Shown here one piece after another: positions 52,404 through 64,000 of a DNA stretch of 64,000 nt. A program made the translations under genes and the position numbers. Origin of the DNA: Squalus acanthias (taxonomy: Eukaryota); NCBI GenBank assembly GCA_030390025.1, contig CM059432.1, forward strand, positions 145,516,001 to 145,580,000, read 5' to 3'. The notes beneath the pieces are model-generated. The model saw nothing but the letters and a program-made list of their open reading frames with translations. It was not told the DNA's origin and did not search any database. Position 1 is the first letter of the stretch. The number at the start of each line of letters is the position of its first letter.

Positions 52404-55400
52404 TGCCTTGTGCGAGGCCCCACATGTAGACTTGCTATTTGGCACTGCAGAGTTGTGCGCAGCGCATTACATCACGAAGGCCAGGAGTGCACCATACTGC
52501 CTATGCGTAAGGGACGACACGTCCACAAAATCTGTCAAAACTGAGCCATGCCCACAGAAACTTCTTTCAGTCTCTTCCATTGAAATTACATTTTAAAAAC
52601 TTTTAATTAAACTGGTACTTGGACTTATTTCATATATCAGCATTTTGTTAAAATTATGTAACAAAATACCAACATAAATTTGGCATCAGTTTTCCACTTG
52701 AAAGTTAAAAATGATAATTTGAGGTCCATGGAAAGATTCTCATCCTTTGACCGTTTACTAAAGTGAAATAAATCATTTAGCTGTTCAACCTTCTATTGAG
52801 ATTAAAACAGTTTCTATCACTTGGGAATCAGCTAAGTTTTTAAATTCTTTTAAGGCGAGCATTTAGTATCCTGTCAAAGGTCCATTAGCGAGAAAAGATA
52901 TTAAAATGTAGCAATAACTTTACGACGGATTGCGATTCAACAGCGCTGAAAGGCGTTGGCAATGATCTTTTTGATTTACTATACACCATGCATGTAGCAC
53001 ACCAGCTGTGGGGCAGCTTTAAATGTATTATATAAAATAATTAAATAGCAAAATGGTTTTATTTCATACATTTGGAGGAAGTATAAATGATCTGTGCCGA
53101 ATGCCCAGTTTTTGATCATACAATTGGAGTGCAGAAAACACTGATAATTTTAAATATTAATTGTCATATTTTATATTTTTAATGTTTCTAAATGTTGCCA
53201 CTAGGTACGGATTTTGCACATTTTAGGGTAAAAGTTGCATTACTCTCAATGTTCAATACAAATGGGTTCCTTTCACAGTTGAACAGGCTCCTGCGCCTAC
53301 TTTCACTAACTGTAACATTTTCAGACTAAATTGCTGGGCAGTTGATGGGCAATTAGCCCAGCTCTGTGCCAGCAATGAGTATTTCCCCATCGGTGCGGAT
53401 CATTTGTCATGGCATACCTTGACAGATCGCAGGTTCGGGTTTTAGCGCACGCGCATGCGGAAATCCCGAACTTGCGGCCAAATTCAAAGTCGGTATGACG
53501 GTGTACTCTGTGAGTACGCCGTCCTACCCACCGCAAAATCTGCCCCAATATATCCTTTCTCACGGGATGGGTGTGCAACTGTGAAGACTGGGAACATAAA
53601 CCAGCTCGCACTGTAAACTGTTTAGCTCTGCAATTAAGAATGACTATCAAACCCAAAATGCTGACTTGTACCCTTTAAATTTCTGATGAAGAATTCTTTG
53701 TAGCTGTGGCTTAAAGTAAAGGCTTAATAATAGCTGCAGCTTTTATATAGTAAAGTTTTATTTTAATTGTGACTCATACAAAGGCCGCGGTTTCACCGAC
53801 CGAAGCAGGTCCGGGGCGGCCAGGGTCGGTGTCATGGTCCCAGCCCGCTGCCTACTGCAGCCCACACTCTCCAAGTGATTTTACGTTGATTGGGCTTGTT
53901 AAGCCCGCCCTGTGAGGTTCCCGGACAATTGAAAGGAAGCGGGTCTGATGACGTCATATGGTGTTGGTATGGGGTGGTGCCAACCTGGCACATCATTTGG
54001 CATCCAGGGTGTACAGCATCAAGTGAAGTAAATCTGGCCATGGTTAGGCCATCCCTGGCGTCCTGGGCAGCAATGTGGTCGGGTGCTGATGCCCTGTGTC
54101 CTGTGCAGCATCAGTTGATTGCGGAGAAGGCTGGTGTGCCCGGTGATGCTGGTGTTGGGGCTGATCTTGGTGCGATTCTGAGGACCAAGTTGAAATATTT
54201 TCAAGGGCACTGATGCTGATGGAATAGATGGCAGGTGAGGTTGAGATGACAGAAGCGATCTGTCAATGGTGAGAGAGGTTGTTCCAATGAGGTGGCACTG
54301 GATAGAGAGTTGGCTCCACACACTTGCAAGCTGCAGAAAGCTCAATATGTCTTCCAAATGCAGTAACCAACAGTTTCTGAGCTTTGAAAGTGAACAGCTG
54401 TAACATGGGATCTTTCATACAACTTTGGCAGCTGTCAGGTCACGAGATAATTCAATGCTGAATCCACTCACGACATGCTGAGCTGACATGTTCCCCGAGC
54501 AGCGGGTAACCCGTGGGGGAGCACGTAAAATTGAAATGTAGGCATAAAATAACAGTTAATTAGATGTTAACAACCCACTTAATGATGTGAATTGCCTCCC
54601 CCGCCGCTTGGTGTCGAGTCTGTTCAGTGTCGACAGACCCGACACCTGGGAGACTCGCGTGGAGATGGGTTGACAACGGGTTCCCTACCCACTGTCAATC
54701 TTACACTGTTCCAATGAAGCTCAACGTAAGCTCGAGGAACAGCACCTCATCTTTTGATTAGGCACTTTACAGCCTTCTGGACTCAACATAGAGTTCAACA
54801 ATTTCAGACCATAACCACTGCCCCATCCCTTTTTTTTCCCCATTTATTTATTTAATTTAATTTATTTATTTATTTTTCTCTCTCCCACATGGCAGCTGTC
54901 TTTCATTCTGCCAGTGCCATTTACACTTCATCTAGAGTCATCTTTTGTTTCTTAACTTGTCCCATTACCATCTCCTTTTGCCTTGCACCATCTCTTAATG
55001 TCTCTTAATCTCTCCTGCCTTCCATCTAGAGCCATCTTTTGTTTCTTAACTTGTCCCATTACCATCTCCTTTTGCTTTGCACCATCTCTTAATCCCTCCT
55101 GCCTTCCATCCTATCACAGACCTTCCCTTTTGTTCTTTCCTCCCCTCCCCCCTTTCCCTGCCCCTACACTTGCTTAAAAACCTGTTCGATCTCCAGCTTT
55201 TTCTAGTTCTGACGAAGGGTCATCGACCTGAAACGTTAACTCTGTTTCTCGCTCCACAGATGCTGCCTGACCTGCTGAGTATTTCCAGCATTTTCTGTTT
55301 TTATTTCAGATTTCCAGCATCCGCAGTATTTTGCTTTTGTATCGCTGTCAATCTTTGCTATTTTGACAGCGGACATGCCTCCAAACCCGCCCTCTGAGGG

Positions 55401-56507
55401 CTGATAAAATTCAGCCCAAAGTGTTTAGAAAGTAAAAGTTTAAACTATTTCTCTCTCGCTCTCACATGCTCCGTGGAATTGGAAATGCCAGTAATCTACA
55501 CAATGTCCTTTTAGCTTCTGCCTTTCAGTCTTGTGATACCCAAATGCAATGCAGTACTCCACTTGCCTTATTGACAAGTGCTTCACTTTGTCTAGATATT
55601 TATTCGGGTATGCTCAATGACCATGTGTATTTCTTTATCCACTCCTGCTAATGGTCAGTGAAAATGGGACCCATTTGTGTTTGTGCTTGGAATGAGATAT
55701 TAAACTGAAACCTTGTCTGTTGGGTTAATGTTAAAGATTTCATAGAACTATTTGAAGAGCAGTGAGTTCTGGTATCCTGGCCAACATTCCTCTCTCAACC
55801 AACTCCAAACCAAAAATAATTTAACTAGTTATTCATTTCATTGCAGTTTGTAGGATCATGGTGTGAGCAAAATGGTTGTTGCATTTGCCTACATAATATG
55901 ACTGCACTCCAAAAGTAATTCATTGACTGTGAAGTGTTTTGGACATCCTTGGAGACATAAGGCACTATATAAATGCAAATTCTTTGTATTTATTTTTCAA
56001 AAAACTAAACCACAATGCTGGCTCAGGATTTCCTGCCAAAAATCTGTCAGTAAACACTGATGTAGATAAATGATTTCTTTGAAGAGCAGGGAGTTCTTCA
56101 AATGTCCCTCTGTTGTTAACCACCACCAAAAAAAAAGCTCGTCTCATTTCTCACAGGAAGATCCACAAGCAAAGTGCAACTGCATTTGCTCACATAATTG
56201 TGTATTGCAAATTAATTTAGTATCTTTGTGTCATCTCTGAACAGAACAGTACACTACGGTCATGGTACACTTACCCTTTCTCCCCTCCTGGACCCAACTG
56301 ACCCATATATCCTCTTGAAGTGTGGCCTCAAAGCTGGGCTGGGAAATTTTAATGTAAGCGCATTAAAATAGCAAATCAGAAGGTGTGGACTTGCATGAAA
56401 ATAATCAGTCAAAGGAACAAAACATGACAGAATATTCAAGAGGTAAAAAAAGACAAGTGAGGGAAAAAAGAAAGTGTGTGTCAGACATACAGATAGGCAG
56501 ACGTAAA
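52404..56507. repeat. Right arm of ~4-kb inverted duplication (donor locus)
   Basis: Reverse complement of 20680-24658; no MITE at either boundary, and the RCBTB-like reading frame runs through 52404. Confidence 0.97.
55205..55241 (+). ncRNA. Minimal type I hammerhead ribozyme motif in Penelope-type 3' fragment (~54705-55340)
   Basis: AGTT-CTGACGA-AGGGTC(ATC)GACCT-GAAACGTTA-ACT, with palindromic AACGTT at stem III. Confidence 0.75.
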
Positions 56508-56790
56508 GAGAGAGACTGCATGATGCTCATACAAGGAGTGGGAGACTTACAAAAAAAGAGAGGAAGCCGAGGGAAGAGCAGACATGCAGAAAGGGAGTCT
56601 CCGAGAAAGACGGACCCAGAGATGATGAGAGTGCATGAACAAGGGAAATGGTGTAAAAAAAGGACTGAGATAATGAATTAGAGATTGAGAAACAGACACA
56701 AATGTGGAGAGAAGTGTGTAGTTTTTCTTTGTCTTTTGAGTAGCACTGAAGGAAGTCTATATATATATATATATATATATAGTGTGTATA

Positions 56791-58164
56791 TGAAAGGATT
56801 ATTACTAGTCCTAGCCCCTTTTGGGCTACCCCGGATCAGGCGTATTCCCCAGACGTTCACCTTCAACTAAAGTTAGAGGTAGCCAGATCCTAAAGACGCT
56901 TAATTGGGTCTAAAGGTCCAGACTATCTCTCCCTAAAGGAAAGGAATGACCTGAAGATGTTACCGTCCTCCAGATAGCACTTTTAATAAGTTTAGCTAGA
57001 CTGTAACCTTCTGGATATTATGAGGGTCCGGAAAACTCCTTCAGAATTCTGCAACTCCTCACCAAAGAGTGTACAGAGATTGAGTTTGCGAGTTTGATAC
57101 AGAAGTACTAAAAAAATATAGATTTATTAAAGAACCGACATGTAGTTTACAGCTGGTGATTCAATCGCAATTTTAACAATTACAAATACAAAAAGCTTAC
57201 AATTCTTATCATCAGAGATCCTTATTCTCAAATCTTAACTTATTTACATTTTTACATTTCTTACTTAGTCTTATTCCAGGACATCCACCAAAATCAAATA
57301 ACTTTGATCCCCGAGACTTAAAAAGTTGAAAACTTACAGAGCTTGCCTCTGAAGTCTGAGAATCACTTTGCCCCTTCCAGCGAATTCTGTCTTCCCATTT
57401 GAAAATCCAACCTTTATACTCTTTCTCAGTGGTATATCCTTTGAAGTTTTCTGCTAATGTAAGCTAATTATCTCTAGTCATTTTTCTGTTGACCCCTTCT
57501 ATTCTTACTTGTAGCATTCAGAATTATGTCTGCTGTGTAGGTGTTCAAAGCTTATCATAAAAACAATATGGAGCAGATGTATCTATTTGATGTAATTCTT
57601 ACGAAGGTCTTCTATTCAATTCTTAAGTCACCTTAGCTGGTTGTATCTCAGACTTCGTGTCTCCTAGGTGTTCCAAGTTCAACACAAAAACAATGTGATG
57701 GCTGTTGCATCTATTGATGTCATATTTATGAAAGTCTTCTATTTGTATCTTTTTACAACATGTAAATTAAAAACACTTCAACCGGGTATCTCATTGTCTT
57801 CTTAGCTACCTCAGTTGGTTGCATTAAGAATTATGTCTCCTGTCTTTCATTTGATGTCATATTTACGAAGGCCTATGTTTCTTTAATTTATGTGATTCAT
57901 TTCAAAGTGTTGGTTTAAGACACTTTAACAGGGTATGCCTATTGTGTTCTTTCCAAAACTTCAGACTTTCTGGAATCTCTAACCTTCTGTTTCAATAGGA
58001 CTTTTGTTTCAGTGTCAACAACTTATCTTATCTCTCAAGCCTGTATGGTGTTTACAGCTTTTCATTGTTGAGGCTTCCAGATTTCCAATCCCAGTTTGTC
58101 ATGCTTTAATCAGAATTATTTCATAGGATGGTGTATTTTTCTGAATATGGCATATTCCTTCACA
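56791..58164 (-). mobile_element. Probable solo LTR inserted in a TA-rich microsatellite
   Basis: TG..CA termini (TGAAAGGA / TCCTTCACA), TATA on both sides; on the - strand, ~130-bp degenerate repeats, then TATAAA (~57415), then AATAAA (~57125). Confidence 0.55.
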
Positions 58165-58222
58165 TATATATATATGTGTGTATATACAGTGTATGTATAT
58201 ATATGTAGTGTGTGTGTATGTA

Positions 58223-58279
<57 letters not shown>

Positions 58280-58545
58280 GTGGGTATATATCTGGTGTGT
58301 GTATATACATGTAGTGGATATATATCTAGTGTGTGTATATACATGTAGTGGATATATATCTGGTGTGTATATATGTAGTGGGTATATATCTGGTGTGTAT
58401 ATATGTAGTGGGTATATATCTGGTGTGTGTGTATATATATATATATATATATCTGGAATATATATATATATATATATCAATATATAAAAATATATATATA
58501 TATATATGTATATACCAGATATATATAAATATATATATATAAATA
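58165..58545. repeat. (TA)n microsatellites with ~30-bp minisatellite ATGTAGTGGGTATATATCTGGTGTGTATAT
   Basis: Directly visible tandem units. Confidence 0.95.
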
Positions 58546-58849
58546 GAGAGAGAGAACACAGATATTAACTCCGAGTGACAGATCTGTGTTCATTTAACAA
58601 AAAATGAAAATCAGAGAATAATATTGCTCACCAATGGAAATCCCCCAGTGAGGAGATGGTTAAACAGGTGGTTTGATGGGGCCTCATTCGATCCTGGGTT
58701 TCAGAGCATTTTCTCTCCCTTTTTGGTTAAATTCTCCCAGTTATTTACACTTATTTTTTTACCCAGCATTGATGAGCGGGTGTAAAAAAAAAGAACAAGG
58801 GAGGAGTTCTTTTTCTTCCTTCCTTTCTTTACCTTAATTTCTCTTTTCT

Positions 58850-59347
58850 CATTCAGAGACGATTCACTAGGTTAATTCCAGAGATGAGGGGGTTGACTTA
58901 TGAAGAAAGGTTGAGCAGGTTGGGCCTACACTCATTGGAATTTAGGAGAATGAGAGGTGATCATATTGAAACATATAAGATACTGAGGGGGCTCGACACG
59001 GTAGATGCAGAGAGGATGTTTCCCCTCGTGGGGAAATCCAGAACTCGGGGGCATAGTTTCAGAATAAAGGTTCGCCCTTTTAGAACTGAGATGAGGAGGA
59101 ATTTCTGCTCTCAGAGGGTCGTAAATCTGTGGAATTCTCTGCCCCAGAGAGCCATGGAGGCTGGGTCATTAAATACATTTAAGGTGGAGATAGACAGATT
59201 TTTGCAAGATAAGGGAGTGAAGGGTTATGGGGAGCGGGCAGGGAAGTGGCTTTGAGCCCAAGATCAGCCATGATCTTATTGAATGGCAGAGCAGGCTCGA
59301 GGGGCCAAGTGGCCTATTCCTGCTCCTATTTCTTATGTTCTTATGTT
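58850..59347 (+). mobile_element. CR1 3' end
   Basis: TYEERLSRLGLHSLEFRRMRGD; (TTCTTATG)n tail. Confidence 0.9.
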
Positions 59348-59382
59348 CTCTCTCTTTCAGATCAATATAGTGATGCGAATGT

Positions 59383-60271
59383 GGGCCGTACCATTATGTC
59401 TCACCATTCACTGCAACTCAGTAAGCCACTTCCAAAGGTGCACACAAATCTGTCCAAGAAGGCAAAGTGTTGAAAATACAGATTTCAATGTTTGACAACA
59501 CATTAACATGAACATTGGCTAAAACACCCAAGTGGCTTCCCTTGTGTGTCGTTAGTCGGTATGATTGGACTAGGATGTGAGGGGTAGGCTAGTGAGATGG
59601 GGAAGTGATAATGTAGTTAGAGAGGGATGGCTGGAGGTGCAAGGTAAGTTGGTGTGAGTAAGGATGTGCAGGGGTAGGATAGGGAAGGCAGAGTGATGGG
59701 GATGTGATGAGTGGCACAACAGGATGAGGTTGAGTGTGGCTTTGCAGTAACATTTCGTGATCTACTGAGATCATTGAAAGGTTTGCGCCACTGCAGCCTG
59801 GTCCTCCTGACAACATCCCTGCCTGTGTCCTCCTGTGCAATGTGCAACCAGGCTGCTTTGGTCTCCTGGAGAGGTCTCTTCCGCCCATGGGAAGGGAAGA
59901 GAACATCCCTGCGTGCTGTGACTCCCTCTATAAGCATATGGAGGGAGAAATGGGAAAGCCTGGGTGCAGCCCTGCACCTCTGTGCAGTGCTCGTCAGTGT
60001 TTGCAGCACCTCAATGCTGTAGAATACTGACAGTACAAATGTCAAAGTAAATTTGCGCATGGTCCCTTTAAGGAAATTGGCTGATGACGCTTCATCATAT
60101 GACGTCATCAGACCTGCTTCCTTCAATTGGCCTGGAAACTTACTGGGCAGGCTTAACAAGCCCAATCAGGGGAAACTCATGTCGGAAGCCGGGATGGAGA
60201 CAGCAGCGGGGTCGGGATCCGCCACTGACATTGTCCGCCACGGACCCGCCGAGGTAGGGAAAATCGCGGCC
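59383..60271 (-). mobile_element. Harbinger element right part with Myb/SANT exon
   Basis: AAPRLS..SLHMLIEGVTARRDVLFP..AAWLHIAQE..KPFNDL; end AAAATCGCGGCC. Confidence 0.8.
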
Positions 60272-61856
60272 AATGCCTCAATTCAACAATAAATATCCAT
60301 GTGTTGGTGATTTGAAATTGTCCTAAGCTTGGGCGTTACTTAACAGTGCCAGAGTATTAGATTGCTATGAGGGCAGTACCTCAGTTACCATCCATGGATT
60401 TGTTTACTGTTTTCCACTTCAAAATTGGGAGTCTTTCTATGGGAAATCTGCCATTTGTCTATTCATCCCCATGAAAGAAAGTCTCTTGCTCAGGTAAGCC
60501 ACACTGCACTATTCTTAGCGGCAGTCAGCAACAGGTTTTTGTATTATATAAATATATAATTGCGCAAGTACGTTCATTGTAAACTTTATTTCATTACATC
60601 AATTATTCAGGTATATAGAGGTTTACATTTCAGTAGACAATTATATCTAATATGTGGAACCGTATGACGTTGAGTTTCTGGCTGAGAAGTACAGCCGCTG
60701 GATTTCCTTATATTTCTCCAAGGTTCATAGGTGTGATTTTATAAAGGACATTTCCAGAGTACGCATGCCAGTGAACTTTTGACCCAAGAGATGCAGAAAG
60801 TTCTACTTTTTTAGGTCTTGGAGATTCGTTGTATGTGGTTGATGAAATATATTCAGTTTCTTCCAACTTAGCCCTTGATTTGCTGACCTGATATGTTTAG
60901 AAGTTCCTAAACTTATCTTTTTAGTCTTGCTAATGCTGCTGCCTCAAACAACCTTAAATACACGTCCAGAATTATTTACATGCAATTAGTAGCCCACTCT
61001 GGAGACTTGAGCAAATAATTTAGGCTGACACTTTGGCCCAGTACTAAAAGAGTGCTGTTTTGTCAGAAGTACTGTCTTCTGGAAAAGACATTAAACCAAG
61101 GCTTTGTCTTCTGCTGAGGTGAATGTGAAAGATCCCATGGCACAACTCTAAGAAAAGAAACGGAATTCTGATCAACATTATCCCTCAACCAGCACCACTA
61201 AAACATGAACTGGTTTTTTATCACGTTGCTGTTTGTGGGAACTTGCTGTGCACAAATTGGCTGTCGTGTTTGTCCTTTGGGATGTCCTGAGAATATGATG
61301 GGCACTGTATAAATGCAAGTTAGTTTGTTGTTTAGTGTATCTTGTGTGACCTTGCTTTTGAATTGGAGGATATGTTCAATTATCAAGACAGGAATAATAT
61401 GGCATTTAGAGCACATGATATTGTGTAATATCGTGAATTTTGAGTTTAATGTATTGGGTCTTGCTTGTTGCATGCTTGTGGTGAATAGCAGTTGAAAGAG
61501 TTAGGGAGGAATGTAAGGAAGTAAACAAGGAAGGCTGTTAAATCGGGAATAAATGGCTCTGGTTGGAAATACATGTGGAGGAACACATTCCACTGGGAAT
61601 AAAGAGAAATAAGGGCTGCATAGAAAAAATAAAAGGAAAGGTACTGGTTGGAAATAAATAAGTGGAGTGCTATCTGAAGTGGGGAGTGGAGGGGGAATAG
61701 GCATGGGATTTTTTGAGTTATACTCAAACAGCAAAGAATGTGTTTTGGTTCCTGGGCCAATCAATGCTTCAGAAATGTGGTCATAAAACATTTATGTATA
61801 CTAGTGGAGATGCTCATGATGAGTCAGGTGATGTACTATATTATAATGAGAAATAT

Positions 61857-63240
61857 TACAAAAGCAAAATACTGCGGATGCTGGAAATCTGAAATAAAAC
61901 AGAAAATGCTGGAAACACTCAGCAGATCAGGCAGCATCTGTGGAAAGAGGAACAGTTAACGTTTCAGGTTGATGGCCTTTCATCAGAACTGGAAAAAGTT
62001 AGAGATGTAACAGGTTTTAAGCAAGTACATAGACAGGGAAATGGGGGAGAGGAGGAAAAATTGGGAGCAGTGGTTATGATCTGAATTTGTTGAACACAAT
62101 GTTGAGTCTGGAAGGCTGTAAAGTGCCTAATTGATAGATGAGGTGCTGTTCCTCAAACTTCCATTCAGCTTCATTAGAACAGTGTAGCAGGACGTGGGCA
62201 GAAGTCAGAGAGGGAGTGGGGTGGAGAATTAAAATGACAAGCGACCGGAAGCTCAGGATCACGCTTGCGGACTGAACGGAGATGTTCCGCAAAGCGATCA
62301 CCCAATCTGCATTTGGTCTCCACAATGTAGAGGAGACTGCATCGCGAGCAGCAAATACAGTATACTAAATTGAAAGAAGTACAAGTAAATCGCTGTTTCA
62401 CCTGGAATGAGTGTTTGTGGCCCTGGACGGTGGGAAGGGAGGGGTAAAAGGGTAGATATTGGATCTCCTGCTTTTGCACGGGAAGGTGCCATGGACTGGG
62501 AAGGGGGTGATTGAAGAGTGGACCAGGGAGGGAACGATCCCTTCAGAATGCTGAAAGGAGAGGGAGAGGAAGATGTGTTTGGTGGTGACATCAAGCCGGA
62601 GGTGGCAGAAATGGTGGCTGATAATCCATTAAAATGTGAAAGCTTGCAGCTTGGAAGGGAAGGGGTGAGAGCAAAAATGCGGGGAATGGACACGGTCGAG
62701 GACCCTGTCAACCACAGTGAAGGGGAATCCTGGGTTGAGGAAAAAGGGAGGCATATCAAAAGCACTGGTGTGAAAGATGGCATTGTTGGAACAGATGCGA
62801 TGGAGAAACTGGGAGAATGGAATAGAGTCCTTGCAGGAAGTGGGGTGGGAGGAAGTGTAATCAAGATAGCAGTGGGAGTCAGTGGGGCTTATAGTAGATA
62901 TGGGGTAGAGAAGTCGAAGAAGGGGAAGGGAAGAGTCGGAGATGGACCATGTGAAGGCAAGGGAGAGGTGGAAATTGGAAGGAAAGTTGATGAAATTTTC
63001 CAGTTCGGGGCGAGAGCAGGAAGTGGCACTGATACAGTCATCAATGTAACGGAAAAAGAGATGAGGGAGAGGACATGAGAAGGACTGGAACAAAGAATGC
63101 TCTACGTATTACACAAAAAGGCAGGCATAGCTAGGACCCATATGGGTTCCCATAGCAAGACCTTTTATTTGGAGGAAGTGAGTGGAGTCAAAGGAGAAGT
63201 TGTTCAGTGTAAGAACAAGTTCAGCCAGGTGGTGGATGGG
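61857..63240 (-). mobile_element. Penelope-like element (RT + GIY-YIG remnants)
   Basis: FFRYIDDC; LVYCICCSRCSLLYIVETKCRLGDRFAEHL..PVACHFN. Confidence 0.88.
61954..61990 (-). ncRNA. Minimal hammerhead ribozyme motif
   Basis: Minus strand AGTT-CTGATGA-AAGGCCATCAACCT-GAAACGTTA-ACT; stem II partly mismatched. Confidence 0.6.
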
Positions 63241-63247
63241 GACTGGT

Positions 63248-64000
63248 CAACAACAACAATGTGTATTTATATAGCGCCCTTAGCATTGTAACACGTCCCA
63301 AGGTGCTTCACAGGAGTGTTATAAGACAAAAAATTTGACACCGAGCCACATAGGGAAAAATTAGGGAAGATGACCAAAAGCTCAGTCAAAGAGGTAGGTT
63401 TTAAGGAGCATCTTAAAGGAGGAAAGAGAGGTAAAGAGGCAGAGAGGTTAAGGAGAGAATTCCAAAGCTTAGGGCCTAGGCATTGAAGGCACGGCCACCA
63501 ATGGTTGAGCGATTTAAAATCAGGGATGCTCAAAAGGGCAGAATTAGAGAAGCGTAGATATCTTGGGGGGGCGGGGGTGGTGAGTGGTTGTGGGGCTGGA
63601 GGAGATTACAGAGATAGAGAGGGGCGAGGCCATGGAGGGATTTGAAAACAAGGATGAGAATTTTAAAATCAAGGTGTTGCTTAACAGAGAGCCAATGTAG
63701 GTCAGCGAGCACAGGGGTGATGAATGAAAGGGACTTGGTGGAAGTTAGGACACGGGCAGCCGAATTTTGGATGACCTCAAGTTTATGTAAGGTAGAACAT
63801 GGGAGGCCAGCCAGGAGTGCATTGGAATAGTCAAGTCTAGAGGTAACAAAGGTACGGATGAGGGTTTCAGCAACAGATGAGCTGAGGCGGGGCGGAGATG
63901 GTGATGTTACGGAGGTGGAAATAGGCAGACTTAGTTATGGCACGGATATGTGGTCGGAAGCTCATTTCAGGGTCAAATATGATACCAAGGTTGCGAACAG
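63248..64000 (-). mobile_element. L2-type LINE 3' part
   Basis: LADLHWLSVKQHLDFKILILVFKSLHGLAPLYL; GPKLWNSL. Confidence 0.85.

Larger units (their letters stand above)
49318..52900 (-). pseudogene. Decayed, apparently intronless RCC1+BTB (RCBTB-like) gene fossil; main body 52049-52900, tail continuing left of the pogo insertion
   Basis: Ordered minus-strand motifs across frameshifts: FSLMD, GQRMR, CGHGSVLTD.GRV, YA*G.QYGAL, CAAHNSA, QVYMWGLAQGKSIFL, KYNK..EFCCYKM.HIVEKDLFQE. These parallel recalled RCBTB1 motifs (PIFTLL, GKKIK, YAWGANTYGQLG, SAHTSAA, HVYMWGQCRGQSVIL). Codons in 52234-52430 are biased to G/C endings. Confidence 0.55.

Noticed and set aside
58096..58559. Tyr/Ile-rich ORFs
   Set aside because: Translations of TA microsatellite and minisatellite.

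Overview
Eukaryotic, TE-dense vertebrate DNA, most likely a shark or other cartilaginous fish (HE1/V-SINE-like and Deu-domain SINEs; abundant CR1, RTE, L2, Penelope and Harbinger elements). The + strand carries collinear remnants of about nine VPS8-like exons. Frameshifts, internal deletions and stops point to an unprocessed VPS8 pseudogene or paralog. The most striking structure is a 5,050-bp composite Harbinger/PIF unit (19951-25000; GGGCTGGATT TIRs, AGA target duplication). It carries a ~4-kb inverted copy of local host DNA (donor at 52404-56507) and has jumped into a full-length RTE LINE, which itself sits inside an older Harbinger element. The captured DNA includes the 5' part of a cryptic, deletion-riddled, apparently intronless RCC1+BTB (RCBTB-like) gene fossil, whose donor copy is further split by a Tigger/pogo transposon and a solo LTR. 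Also present: minimal hammerhead ribozymes in Penelope-type elements, a 5'-inverted RTE, and a three-exon Harbinger Myb/SANT gene. All protein homologies are from recall and were not searched.
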